From the NCBI GenBank assembly GCA_024643725.1, contig JAHEMJ010000011.1:69477-133476 (forward strand): a stretch of DNA of 64,000 bases, read 5' to 3'. This DNA comes from Crocinitomicaceae bacterium (GTDB lineage Bacteria; Bacteroidota; Bacteroidia; Flavobacteriales_D; Crocinitomicaceae). The position numbers and the translations under genes were made by a program. Under the pieces are notes generated by a model. It ran no database searches. It saw nothing but the letters and a program-made list of their open reading frames with translations, and was not told the origin of the DNA. Positions 56,213 to 64,000 of the stretch are shown here, piece by piece (position 1 is the stretch's first letter; each line of letters starts with the position of its first letter).

Positions 56213-56247
56213 TTATAATATCGTAATATTGCAATATAACAATATTG
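56210..56247 (+). promoter_or_regulatory. Candidate ArsR operator (nested dyad symmetries)
   Basis: Perfect 12-nt palindrome ATATTGCAATAT (56226-56237). Inverted repeat TTGTTATA (56210-56217) / TATAACAA (56235-56242). 8-nt palindrome CAATATTG (56240-56247). All lie between the -7 box and the arsR start. Confidence 0.5.
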
Positions 56248-56253
56248 TAAGCG

Positions 56254-56577
56254 ATGGGAACGACGAAAAGCGAAGTGTTCAGTGAAGAAATCAACGAATT
56301 AGCCTCACTATTCAAGGCTATGGGACATCCAGCACGGATTGCCATTATTCAATTTTTACGAACGCAGGAAAAATGCATTTGTACGGATTTAGTGAATGAA
56401 CTTCCACTTGCTCAACCGACCATTTCGCAACATTTAAAGGAATTAAAAAATGCTGGTATCATTCAAGGAAGTGTTTCAGGTACTAGTATTTGTTACTGCT
56501 TGAATCTGGAGAAAATCAGTGTGCTAGATTCTTTTTTAGCTTCCCTAAAATACGATCAGAGTGCAACCTGTTGTTAA
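56254..56577 (+). CDS. arsR: ArsR/SmtB family metalloregulator
   Basis: LFKAMGHPARIAIIQFL, EKCICTDLVNEL (the ELCVCDL-type As(III) site), QPTISQHLKELKNAGI. Unusual C-terminal ...SATCC. Confidence 0.85.
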   Translation: MGTTKSEVFSEEINELASLFKAMGHPARIAIIQFLRTQEKCICTDLVNELPLAQPTISQHLKELKNAGIIQGSVSGTSICYCLNLEKISVLDSFLASLKYDQSATCC

Positions 56578-56589
56578 AAAAAAGAAGCA

Positions 56590-57063
56590 ATGAAACTAAG
56601 TGAATTTAAAGCAAACTTGACAGGAATGACGACGGTGTCATTTCAATTACCTAATGGATCATCAGTTCCGGCACATTACCACATCACGGAAGTTGGACAC
56701 ATGCAAAAACGATTCATCGATTGCGGTGGAACAACGCGTTTAGAAGACCGCATTTGTTTTCAGTTATGGGAAGCGGAAGACTTTGATCACCGTCTTCAAG
56801 CAGAGAAATTGATGAAAATCATTGAATTGTCCGAGCGAACGTTGAACTTGCCCGATGAAGAGATTGAGGTTGAATATCAAGGTTCTACCATTGGTAAATA
56901 CCAACTAGCATGGAACGGCACATCTTTCGAATTGCTTTCAACTACTACCGCTTGTTTAGCAGAAGATAAATGTGGTATACCACCTTCAAAACAGAAGATT
57001 AGTTTGGTGGAATTGACTCCATCGACAAAATCAACCTGCACACCAGGAGGAGATTGTTGTTAA
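56590..57063 (+). CDS. DUF6428-like protein of ars operons (function unknown)
   Basis: 157-aa protein with VPAHYHITEVG and a Cys-rich C-terminus ...STCTPGGDCC. Position between arsR and arsC, as I recall for DUF6428 genes in Bacteroidota. Confidence 0.55.
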   Translation: MKLSEFKANLTGMTTVSFQLPNGSSVPAHYHITEVGHMQKRFIDCGGTTRLEDRICFQLWEAEDFDHRLQAEKLMKIIELSERTLNLPDEEIEVEYQGSTIGKYQLAWNGTSFELLSTTTACLAEDKCGIPPSKQKISLVELTPSTKSTCTPGGDCC

Positions 57064-57072
57064 ATCGAGCAC

Positions 57073-57687
57073 ATGAATATGAAGTTGACTCAGTTTTCAG
57101 AAGAAATCATCCTTCAATTTGATCAGATTCCGGAGGATCGTAAATTATTACTCGACACATTGACTTCCTATATTCAAAGGAATCAAAACAGTGGTAAGGA
57201 ATCTTTATTGATGTTCATTTGTACCCATAATTCCAGAAGAAGTCATTTTGGACAAATTTTAAGTGCATTAGCGGCAGAATATTTTCAGATTCCAGCCATT
57301 CGCACATTCTCTGCGGGAACAGAAGTAACGGCATTTCATCCGAATGCGATTGCAGCGCTACGTTACATAGGAATGGATATTCAAACAACGGAAATGAGTG
57401 AAAATCCTCACTATGTCATTCAGCTGAATGCTACGCAATCAATGGCTGCTTTTTCAAAACTCATTGAGGATAACGTCAATCCAAAAGAGAATTTCGCTGC
57501 AATCATGACTTGCACGCATGCGGAGCAAAATTGTCCGTTTGTTGTTGGAGCAGATTTCCGCATCGGACTTTCTTACGACGATCCAAAAGCATTTGACGGT
57601 TCAGAGCAAGAAACTGAAATGTACTTGGCTCGTGTACATCAAATTGCCAGAGAATTATTTTATGTTTTTTCACGTTTAACCAATTAA
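57073..57687 (+). CDS. arsC: Arsenate reductase of the LMW protein-tyrosine-phosphatase type
   Basis: P-loop FICTHNSRRSH (CX5R), downstream TCTHAEQNCP cysteines, operon context. Confidence 0.75.
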   Translation: MNMKLTQFSEEIILQFDQIPEDRKLLLDTLTSYIQRNQNSGKESLLMFICTHNSRRSHFGQILSALAAEYFQIPAIRTFSAGTEVTAFHPNAIAALRYIGMDIQTTEMSENPHYVIQLNATQSMAAFSKLIEDNVNPKENFAAIMTCTHAEQNCPFVVGADFRIGLSYDDPKAFDGSEQETEMYLARVHQIARELFYVFSRLTN

Positions 57688-57689
57688 TT

Positions 57690-58742
57690 ATGTCGACTCA
57701 ATCGAATTTAAAACAACTTTCATTTCTAGATCGATTCCTGACCTTGTGGATTTTTCTCGCCATGATTCTTGGGATAATCATCGGAAACATCGTTCCTAAC
57801 ATGGATCAAAAATTGGATGCGCTGTCCTATGGAACGACGAATATTCCCCTGGCAGTCGGACTCATTCTGATGATGTATCCACCGCTGACTAAGGTGCAGT
57901 TTTCAAAAATCCCCAACATTTTATCCAAGCCAAAGTTATTATTGGTCTCCTTTTTTATTACATGGATTGTTGGTCCGTTTTTAATGTTTCTCCTCGCCGT
58001 TTTCTTTTTGAGAGAACATTCCGAATATATGACTGGACTCATCATCATCGGATTAGCACCGTGCATTGCGATGGTCATCGTTTGGAATGAATTAGCTGAT
58101 GGAAACCGTGAATTGGTCGCAGGATTGGTGGGGATCAATAGTTTGTTACAGGTCTTTTTCTTTTCGTCGTATGCCTATTTCTATTTGGAAATCGTTCTGC
58201 CATTTGTGGGCATCGACGGACTACATTTGGATGTCTCTATGTTAGAAATTGCCCAAACAGTGGGTGTTTATTTAGGGATTCCATTTGTGTGTGCGGTACT
58301 CAGTAGAACATGGCTGATTCGACAAAAAGGCGAGGAGTGGTTCACGAGAACATTTATTCCGTTTGTTTCACCAATCACGTTGATTTCCTTATTGTTCACT
58401 ATCGTTGTCATGTTCAGTTTAAAAGGTAAAATGATGCTGTCCATTCCGATGGATGTGCTCACCATCGCTGTGCCTTTGATTATTTATTTTGCGGTAATGT
58501 TTGTCCTGATGTTTTTTGTCTCCAAAAAAATGGGCGCAAGTTATTCGGACACGGCAGCCTTATCCTTCACCGCCTCTGGAAACAATTTCGAATTAGCCAT
58601 TGCGGTTTCAATAGGTGTTTTTGGGATTCATTCTGGAGAAGCTTTCGCGGGAGTGGTTGGTCCATTAGTGGAAGTTCCAGCGCTCATTTTACTCGTGAAA
58701 TTCGCCCAGTTTTGGCGAAAAAAGTGGACTACAAATCCTTAG
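57690..58742 (+). CDS. acr3: ACR3 family arsenite efflux transporter
   Basis: LSFLDRFLTLWIF, LILMMYPPLTKV, GLAPCIAMVIVWN (conserved Cys), GPLVEVPALI; 10 TM helices. Confidence 0.9.
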   Translation: MSTQSNLKQLSFLDRFLTLWIFLAMILGIIIGNIVPNMDQKLDALSYGTTNIPLAVGLILMMYPPLTKVQFSKIPNILSKPKLLLVSFFITWIVGPFLMFLLAVFFLREHSEYMTGLIIIGLAPCIAMVIVWNELADGNRELVAGLVGINSLLQVFFFSSYAYFYLEIVLPFVGIDGLHLDVSMLEIAQTVGVYLGIPFVCAVLSRTWLIRQKGEEWFTRTFIPFVSPITLISLLFTIVVMFSLKGKMMLSIPMDVLTIAVPLIIYFAVMFVLMFFVSKKMGASYSDTAALSFTASGNNFELAIAVSIGVFGIHSGEAFAGVVGPLVEVPALILLVKFAQFWRKKWTTNP

Positions 58743-59412
58743 AGATTTCTTGCCACAGGCGATCTGACGGAACCGGCGCCTTCACTGAAATTTCCTCCTT
58801 CGTCGTTGGATGAGTAAACGTCAAATAGCGCGCGTGTAAGCAAATCGAGCCATCTGGATTGGAACGTTTCGCTCCATATTTCACATCACCTTTGATGATG
58901 CAGCCTATCGAGCTTAATTGCACCCGAATTTGGTGGTGTCTTCCAGTTTCTAATGAAATTTCAAGTAAATGATATCGATCTCCTGAAGAAATTAGTTTAT
59001 AGGTCAAAATCGCTTCCTTGGATCCGTTCACTTTGGAATCTACGGGATAGCTTTTATTTTGTGCTTCATTTTTCTTGAGGTGATGAACCAAACGTCCTGA
59101 TGGTTTCTCCGGTGCTTGCTCCACAATCGCCCAATAGACTTTATTCGTTTCTTTATCGCGAAATTGTCCGTTCAATCGCTCCAGAGCTTTGCTGGTTCTG
59201 GCAAAAACTAATGCGCCACTCGTTGGACGGTCTAAACGATGAACAACACCGCAAAAAACATTTCCCGGTTTCTGGTATTTTTCTTTCAGGTAAGCTTTGA
59301 TATCATCCGGCATGGTGCGGTCTCCAGTCTTGTCGCCTTGAACAATTTCCGAAGCCAATTTATTCACCACTAAAACGTGGTTGTCCTCATATAAAATGCG
59401 ATCTGAAATCAT
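58729..59412 (-). CDS. RluA-family pseudouridine synthase (no S4 domain)
   Basis: ILYEDNHVLVVNKLA, GVVHRLDRPTSGALVFA (catalytic Asp), KVYWAIV, TGRHHQIRVQL. Confidence 0.85.
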   Translation of the reverse strand: MISDRILYEDNHVLVVNKLASEIVQGDKTGDRTMPDDIKAYLKEKYQKPGNVFCGVVHRLDRPTSGALVFARTSKALERLNGQFRDKETNKVYWAIVEQAPEKPSGRLVHHLKKNEAQNKSYPVDSKVNGSKEAILTYKLISSGDRYHLLEISLETGRHHQIRVQLSSIGCIIKGDVKYGAKRSNPDGSICLHARYLTFTHPTTKEEISVKAPVPSDRLWQEISKDL

Positions 59413-62400
59413 TCGGATAATAAGTCTTCTTTCGTTTTACGCTCCATCGATTTGTTTCTAAGGGCAGCAACAGTTGTCAGAAGGACGAAGAAAAGAATGG
59501 TCCAGCTCAACCAAGATGGGAATTTCCCAATACCATCACCATTGGCGTAAGAATGGAGTCCAACCAACATGAAGTTCACGCCAAAGAAGGTAAACAAGAT
59601 GGCTGAATATCCCCACAAGGACATGACGTTAAATAAGAATTTACCATTCAATTTCGGGATAAAACGCAAGTGTAAAATTACAGCATACACCAAAACGGAA
59701 ACCAATGCCCAAGTTTCTTTTGGATCCCATCCCCAATAGCGACCCCATGATTCATTGGCCCAAATTCCACCGAGGAAGGTACCAATGGTCAACATGAACA
59801 AACCGATGGTCATCGTCATTTCAGAAACGTAGGTTAATTCATTGATGTTAATGGTGACAATCGCTTTGTTCTTTTCATTTCGAACGATGTATAAAATCAA
59901 GTTCAACAATCCAAGAATCGCAGCTAGACCTAAGAATCCATAGCTACCTGTGATGATCGCCACGTGAATTTTCAGCCAATACGATTTCAATACAGGAACG
60001 AGTGGTGTAATTTCCGGATCGAACAAACTCAATTCCGTTACAAAGATCATCAGTGAGGCAAGAATCGCGGTCCCGGCTAAAATCACAATGTTTTTTCGAG
60101 TAAAGCTGAATCCAGCAATCATGGTCACCCAAGCAATGAAAACAACGGCTTCATATCCGTTACTCCAAGGCGCATGTCCAGAGATGGACCAACGCATTCC
60201 GAGTCCTGCTGCTAGGTAAAGGAACACCACGACCATCAATCCGATGACGATACGGTTCATCCATTTTTGAATGTGAGCAAAGCGTGCGTTTTTCGCTTGG
60301 AAAATCCCGATGAATGAAACAATCAGCAACAAGAATCCAAGGCTCAACAGCATTTGATACGAGTGTTTGAAAATCTCCATTTTATTGTAGGAAATCTCCA
60401 TGGAAATATTGGACTCACTTGGAACAACCGTCGAACTCACCTTGCGTTGATGATTTTTGATTTTCAGCAAGGCAGCATCGGCTTCATTGAATTTATTTTT
60501 CTTTGCGCATTTATCCAAAGAGGCAATGTAATTTAATACTTCAAGAGAAGCGGTAGTGTCCACTTGAAAAGGAATATACCACGTGTTATTCGCATCTCCT
60601 TTTTTCGGAACGACGCGTAAATATTTCCACATGACCACACCTTGAATCACCTCAAACTTCTCGTTGAGTTTGATGAGTTTTTTATCGAATTCATTACGCT
60701 GAGATTCCAGGCGTTGGAAGGCAATTTTATATTCTTTCAGCCATTTGAATTGTTGTGTTTGCGGATCAATCAATTCCATGATGCTTGCGTATTCACCCAA
60801 TTTCAAGGGTTCGCGTAAATTCGATGGAACTTGAACAATTTTCTGTGTCATCCAATATTGGGGATACATCTGAATGCTCATGATTGTTTGAACGGCATTG
60901 TAATTTTTATAGGTATTCGCTCGGTGGATTTTACGCAATAATTGATCACATAAGGTATGCATCGGCGAGATACGTCCTTCATAGTCTTGTACAAGCAAAG
61001 ACGCTAGTTTCTCCGAATGTTCTTCCGACATGACGCGGAATATTTTTGCTGCCGGATTTGCATGTTGATGATTTTCTTGAGCAGTTAGGGTCGACGCAGA
61101 AATCCCCAACAAGAAAAGAAGCATGCTCAAATTCGCACGTTTGATTTTTAACTTGTTCATTTTATCGTTCAATTCACGGAATCTTCCCACTGGCGCGAAC
61201 AAGGACATCAACATCCCAATGCTCATGAGAAGGTATCCTAGATAGGTTATGTTTGTCCCCCACCAATCGTGGTTTACACTTAATTTTGTTCCTTCTTCAT
61301 TTTCAGGAGTGGAAGGATTGTCCAATTCATAAGACGATTGAAAGAAGCGGAAACCATCGTAATCCATGACATTGTTCATGAATACTTTTCGGTCCATTTT
61401 TACCTTTCTCTTTTGATCGATGACCGTCAACTCACTCGAGAAGGAAGACGGAGATTCGCTACCTGGATACTTGTCCAATTTGAAATCCTTACAGAATACT
61501 TGGAATCCAACTGGCTTGCGAATGGATCCATATTCCAGTTGATACATGACATTGTTCATGGCAAAGCGAACGGGTGTTGGAATGGCACCCTTTCCACCTT
61601 CAATGCGTATTTCTTTGCGGGCTTTTCCGTCGGATACACGAACGGTTAAATAATCAGAGCCTACATTTTTCTTACCGGAAGGAACAAGGATTTTCTTGGC
61701 ATGTGGAATGGCACGTTTAAAGACAAATTGTTTGTCGCCGCAGTGATACAAGGTTGTTGTTTTAAACTCGACCCAAGTGTTCAAAGGAACAGATGTAAAC
61801 AAGGAATCGGGAACTTGGGAGCCACTTTGACGCGCTTTTCTCATTAAGTACATGGGTAAATAGGTCAATGGAACGGCTGTTTTTAGTTGAATGCTGTCTC
61901 CCATTTTGCGCACTTGAATTCCGGGCGATTTTGGAGCGGGTCCAAAGGATAATGGAACCATTCCAACCATGAAAAAATCGTTCTCCACCAAGTAATTGGA
62001 AGTCATACCATCGGTGATTAATTCCAAGGAAGTTTCCTTAAAGGATTGTCGAACGACCAATGAATCCACCATTTTAGATTGAAAATTTACATAGTCAACG
62101 GTTATCGGTTTTTTCATGAATTCTGTTGAATAGCTGAAGTCATTATCGGTAATTTCGGATAAATAGCATTTGTGTGCTTCAGTATTTGTTTTTCCGGTCG
62201 CAAGGTCCTGCATGTGAACGAGCAAGTGTGGTTCAGCTGTATAAATGAAATCGGATGATGTACCTTCTCGTATGACCATTTGTCCTTCAAAGGAAATGTA
62301 ACGGGTTACGCCCGCTCCGATGATAATGATGATAAAGGAGAGATGAAACATCAGCATGGCGATTTTTTCGCGCTTGAACATTTGGTATTTGAAAATATTC

Positions 62401-62591
62401 GCTAACAGATTCAAAGCAAGGTAAACCAATAAGATTTCAAACCAAGTCGCATTGTAAATGATGATTTTTGCACTCTGAATTCCGTAGATGGATTCGATGA
62501 AAGTAGCAGTACCAATCCCAAGTAAAAAGAGAATTAATCCAACCGTCATATACCGCATGGAAAAAAGGGAGGAAAGAAGTTTATCCATCAT
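59409..62591 (-). CDS. ccsBA: Fused system II cytochrome c biogenesis protein CcsBA (ResB-like + CcsA)
   Basis: N-terminal ResB-like TM plus large periplasmic part. C-terminal CcsA with WGRYWGWDPKETWALV (WWD motif) and multiple TM helices. 4-nt overlap with the downstream RluA-family gene. Confidence 0.85.
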   Translation of the reverse strand: MMDKLLSSLFSMRYMTVGLILFLLGIGTATFIESIYGIQSAKIIIYNATWFEILLVYLALNLLANIFKYQMFKREKIAMLMFHLSFIIIIIGAGVTRYISFEGQMVIREGTSSDFIYTAEPHLLVHMQDLATGKTNTEAHKCYLSEITDNDFSYSTEFMKKPITVDYVNFQSKMVDSLVVRQSFKETSLELITDGMTSNYLVENDFFMVGMVPLSFGPAPKSPGIQVRKMGDSIQLKTAVPLTYLPMYLMRKARQSGSQVPDSLFTSVPLNTWVEFKTTTLYHCGDKQFVFKRAIPHAKKILVPSGKKNVGSDYLTVRVSDGKARKEIRIEGGKGAIPTPVRFAMNNVMYQLEYGSIRKPVGFQVFCKDFKLDKYPGSESPSSFSSELTVIDQKRKVKMDRKVFMNNVMDYDGFRFFQSSYELDNPSTPENEEGTKLSVNHDWWGTNITYLGYLLMSIGMLMSLFAPVGRFRELNDKMNKLKIKRANLSMLLFLLGISASTLTAQENHQHANPAAKIFRVMSEEHSEKLASLLVQDYEGRISPMHTLCDQLLRKIHRANTYKNYNAVQTIMSIQMYPQYWMTQKIVQVPSNLREPLKLGEYASIMELIDPQTQQFKWLKEYKIAFQRLESQRNEFDKKLIKLNEKFEVIQGVVMWKYLRVVPKKGDANNTWYIPFQVDTTASLEVLNYIASLDKCAKKNKFNEADAALLKIKNHQRKVSSTVVPSESNISMEISYNKMEIFKHSYQMLLSLGFLLLIVSFIGIFQAKNARFAHIQKWMNRIVIGLMVVVFLYLAAGLGMRWSISGHAPWSNGYEAVVFIAWVTMIAGFSFTRKNIVILAGTAILASLMIFVTELSLFDPEITPLVPVLKSYWLKIHVAIITGSYGFLGLAAILGLLNLILYIVRNEKNKAIVTININELTYVSEMTMTIGLFMLTIGTFLGGIWANESWGRYWGWDPKETWALVSVLVYAVILHLRFIPKLNGKFLFNVMSLWGYSAILFTFFGVNFMLVGLHSYANGDGIGKFPSWLSWTILFFVLLTTVAALRNKSMERKTKEDLLSE

Positions 62592-62607
62592 GTGTAAAAA
62601 TTTACTG

Positions 62608-62615
62608 CAAAAATA
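62608..62615 (-). promoter_or_regulatory. Sigma-A -7 box (TAnnTTTG)
   Basis: Minus strand TATTTTTG, 16 nt upstream of ATG 62591. Confidence 0.35.
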
Positions 62616-62668
62616 CGACTTGTCAGTTTGATTCTAGTCAGGAAGGTAGTATTCTTGTGAAATAATTT

Positions 62669-63634
62669 ATGGATATGCGTCAAACGACCCAAATACTGAT
62701 CAATTTATTCATTTTTACCTGTTTGAATCACGTGCTTTTTGCTCAGCACGAAGTAAAGGCTGAAGAGATTTCCAATGGCCAACAGGTTTCTCGGGGAAAT
62801 TTAAGGACGTACAAAATCCCATTTAACGATACGTGTGTGCGCGAGGTAGCAATCTGGACTCCCGCGAATTACGATCCAAAGAAAAAATATGCGACCATAT
62901 TCATGCACGACGGACAAATGTTGTATGATTCAACAGTTACTTGGAATAAAAAAGAGTGGCGTGTAGATGAAACAGCAGATAGTTTGATTTCGAATGGGGT
63001 GACACGACCTTTTATTGTGGTCGGAATTTATAATGATCCACCAAATCGCTATGCCGAGTTTTTCCCGCAAGACGCGGTCGATTATATGGATACGGCCTAT
63101 ACGAATAACATGTTAAAATCACTTTGGAATGGGGAACTCCGAGCGAATCATTACATCAATTGGATTACGAAGGAATTGATTCCGTTTGTGGAGGATCAGT
63201 ATGCAGTAAGTCACAAGCGAGCGGATCGTTTTTTAATTGGATCAAGCATGGGAGGACTCATTTCCCTTTATGGACTCACGCGAAACCCAAAGACTTTTGG
63301 AGGTGCTGCCTGTTTGTCCATTCATACACCAATGATCAATTTTCAACTCATGGGCGATGATGCGATGCGTTCCTTGGTGCTACCGTATAACGCATACCTA
63401 ATGAAAGAATTACCATCGCCAAAAAAAGTCAAGTTGTACATTGATCGCGGCACGGAAACCTTAGATGCGTATTACGGACCTTACCATGAAGTGTTGATGC
63501 AAACATTGTCGAAACGCGGGTACGAAATGGGGGCGCAATACATGACGCTTGTGTGGGACAAAACAGCACATGATGAGGTTTCTTGGGCAAAGCGCTTGGC
63601 TGTCCCGATGAAGTTCTTATTGTTAAAGGAATAA
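62669..63634 (+). CDS. Secreted esterase (esterase D / enterochelin esterase-like alpha/beta hydrolase)
   Basis: Signal peptide; IFMHDGQMLYD, FIVVGIYN, YAEFFPQ, LIGSSMGGLISLY (GxSxG). Confidence 0.7.
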   Translation: MDMRQTTQILINLFIFTCLNHVLFAQHEVKAEEISNGQQVSRGNLRTYKIPFNDTCVREVAIWTPANYDPKKKYATIFMHDGQMLYDSTVTWNKKEWRVDETADSLISNGVTRPFIVVGIYNDPPNRYAEFFPQDAVDYMDTAYTNNMLKSLWNGELRANHYINWITKELIPFVEDQYAVSHKRADRFLIGSSMGGLISLYGLTRNPKTFGGAACLSIHTPMINFQLMGDDAMRSLVLPYNAYLMKELPSPKKVKLYIDRGTETLDAYYGPYHEVLMQTLSKRGYEMGAQYMTLVWDKTAHDEVSWAKRLAVPMKFLLLKE

Positions 63635-63663
63635 CGCATGAACCTTCGGTCCAAACATTTTTA

Positions 63664-63671
63664 TAAATTTG
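63664..63671 (+). promoter_or_regulatory. Sigma-A -7 box (TAnnTTTG)
   Basis: TAAATTTG, 34 nt upstream of ATG 63706. Confidence 0.35.
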
Positions 63672-63705
63672 TCAAAGGTCCGGTGCGGATAAAGTAAAGA
63701 AAGGA

Positions 63706-64000
63706 ATGAAGACCATATTAATATTAGGAGCAGGATTATCTGCTTCATCGCTCATCAGGTATTTATTGGCTCGTGCAGAAGCTGAAAATTGGTACGTAAA
63801 AATCGTCGATCAAAACATTGATTTGGTGGATAAGAAAATCAATGGACACCCAAATGCGGAGGCTATTTCATTTAATGCGCTTGATAGCAAAGAGCGCAAG
63901 CCAGCGATTGCACATGCTGACTTAGTAATTTCCATGTTGCCCGCCATTTACCATGTGGAAGTGGCAAAGGATTGCATTGAAGTCCGAACAGATTTAATCA
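63706..64000 (+). CDS. Saccharopine dehydrogenase family protein, partial (continues right of the window)
   Basis: Own translation MKTILILGAGLSASSLIRYLLARAEAENWYVKIVDQN...ADLVISMLPAIYHVEVAKDCIE: Rossmann GxGxxA motif plus the typical LVISMLP block. No stop before the window end. Confidence 0.7.
   Translation, partial: MKTILILGAGLSASSLIRYLLARAEAENWYVKIVDQNIDLVDKKINGHPNAEAISFNALDSKERKPAIAHADLVISMLPAIYHVEVAKDCIEVRTDLI

Noticed and set aside
1-64000. Search for transposases, integrases, phage genes, toxin-antitoxin pairs, restriction-modification or known defence modules
   Set aside because: None of the translated ORFs shows the corresponding hallmark motifs (DDE, tyrosine recombinase R..H..R..Y, methyltransferase DPPY/FxGxG, and so on) by eye. 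The window appears to be core chromosome apart from the small accessory patches listed in the findings.

Overview
This is a dense, mostly core chromosomal segment of a Bacteroidota genome (Flavobacteriia/Cytophagia-like). That placement is inferred from a gldKLMN type IX secretion (T9SS)/gliding operon, T9SS C-terminal sorting domains, and TAnnTTTG -7 promoter boxes in front of many genes. I can support about 50 protein-coding genes, one RNase P RNA (rnpB) and one tRNA-Arg(CCT). The ORF track partly overwrites rnpB with a spurious N-terminal extension of the next gene. Landmarks in order: a partial SF1 helicase (1-2883); secreted amidohydrolase paralogs; an ECF sigma/anti-sigma/OMP module with two near-identical ECF-type promoters; a fused E1 dehydrogenase; porP-gldK-gldL-gldM-gldN (16.1-23.2 kb); and kbl. 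Next comes an envelope-glycan modification neighbourhood: a LiaF-like protein plus a GT-C-like membrane protein, a SASA esterase, an acyltransferase_3, an SGNH esterase, a membrane-anchored Ntn-hydrolase-like protein and a GT4. The window also holds five T9SS cargo genes (three type A CTD, two type B CTD), aroC, an ABC-F ATPase, a NatAB-like exporter, rlmN and dnaN. It ends with an arsR-DUF6428-arsC-acr3 operon with a palindromic operator, an RluA-family gene, a fused ccsBA and a partial saccharopine dehydrogenase-family gene. I found no CRISPR array, rRNA, transposase, integrase or recognisable defence/toxin module, and non-coding gaps are short. I did not find a clear-cut undescribed system; the best leads are listed as findings with modest scores. 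All calls rest on motif recognition by eye. No database search or RNA folding was run. Start codons were adjusted manually where the track used non-ATG starts.
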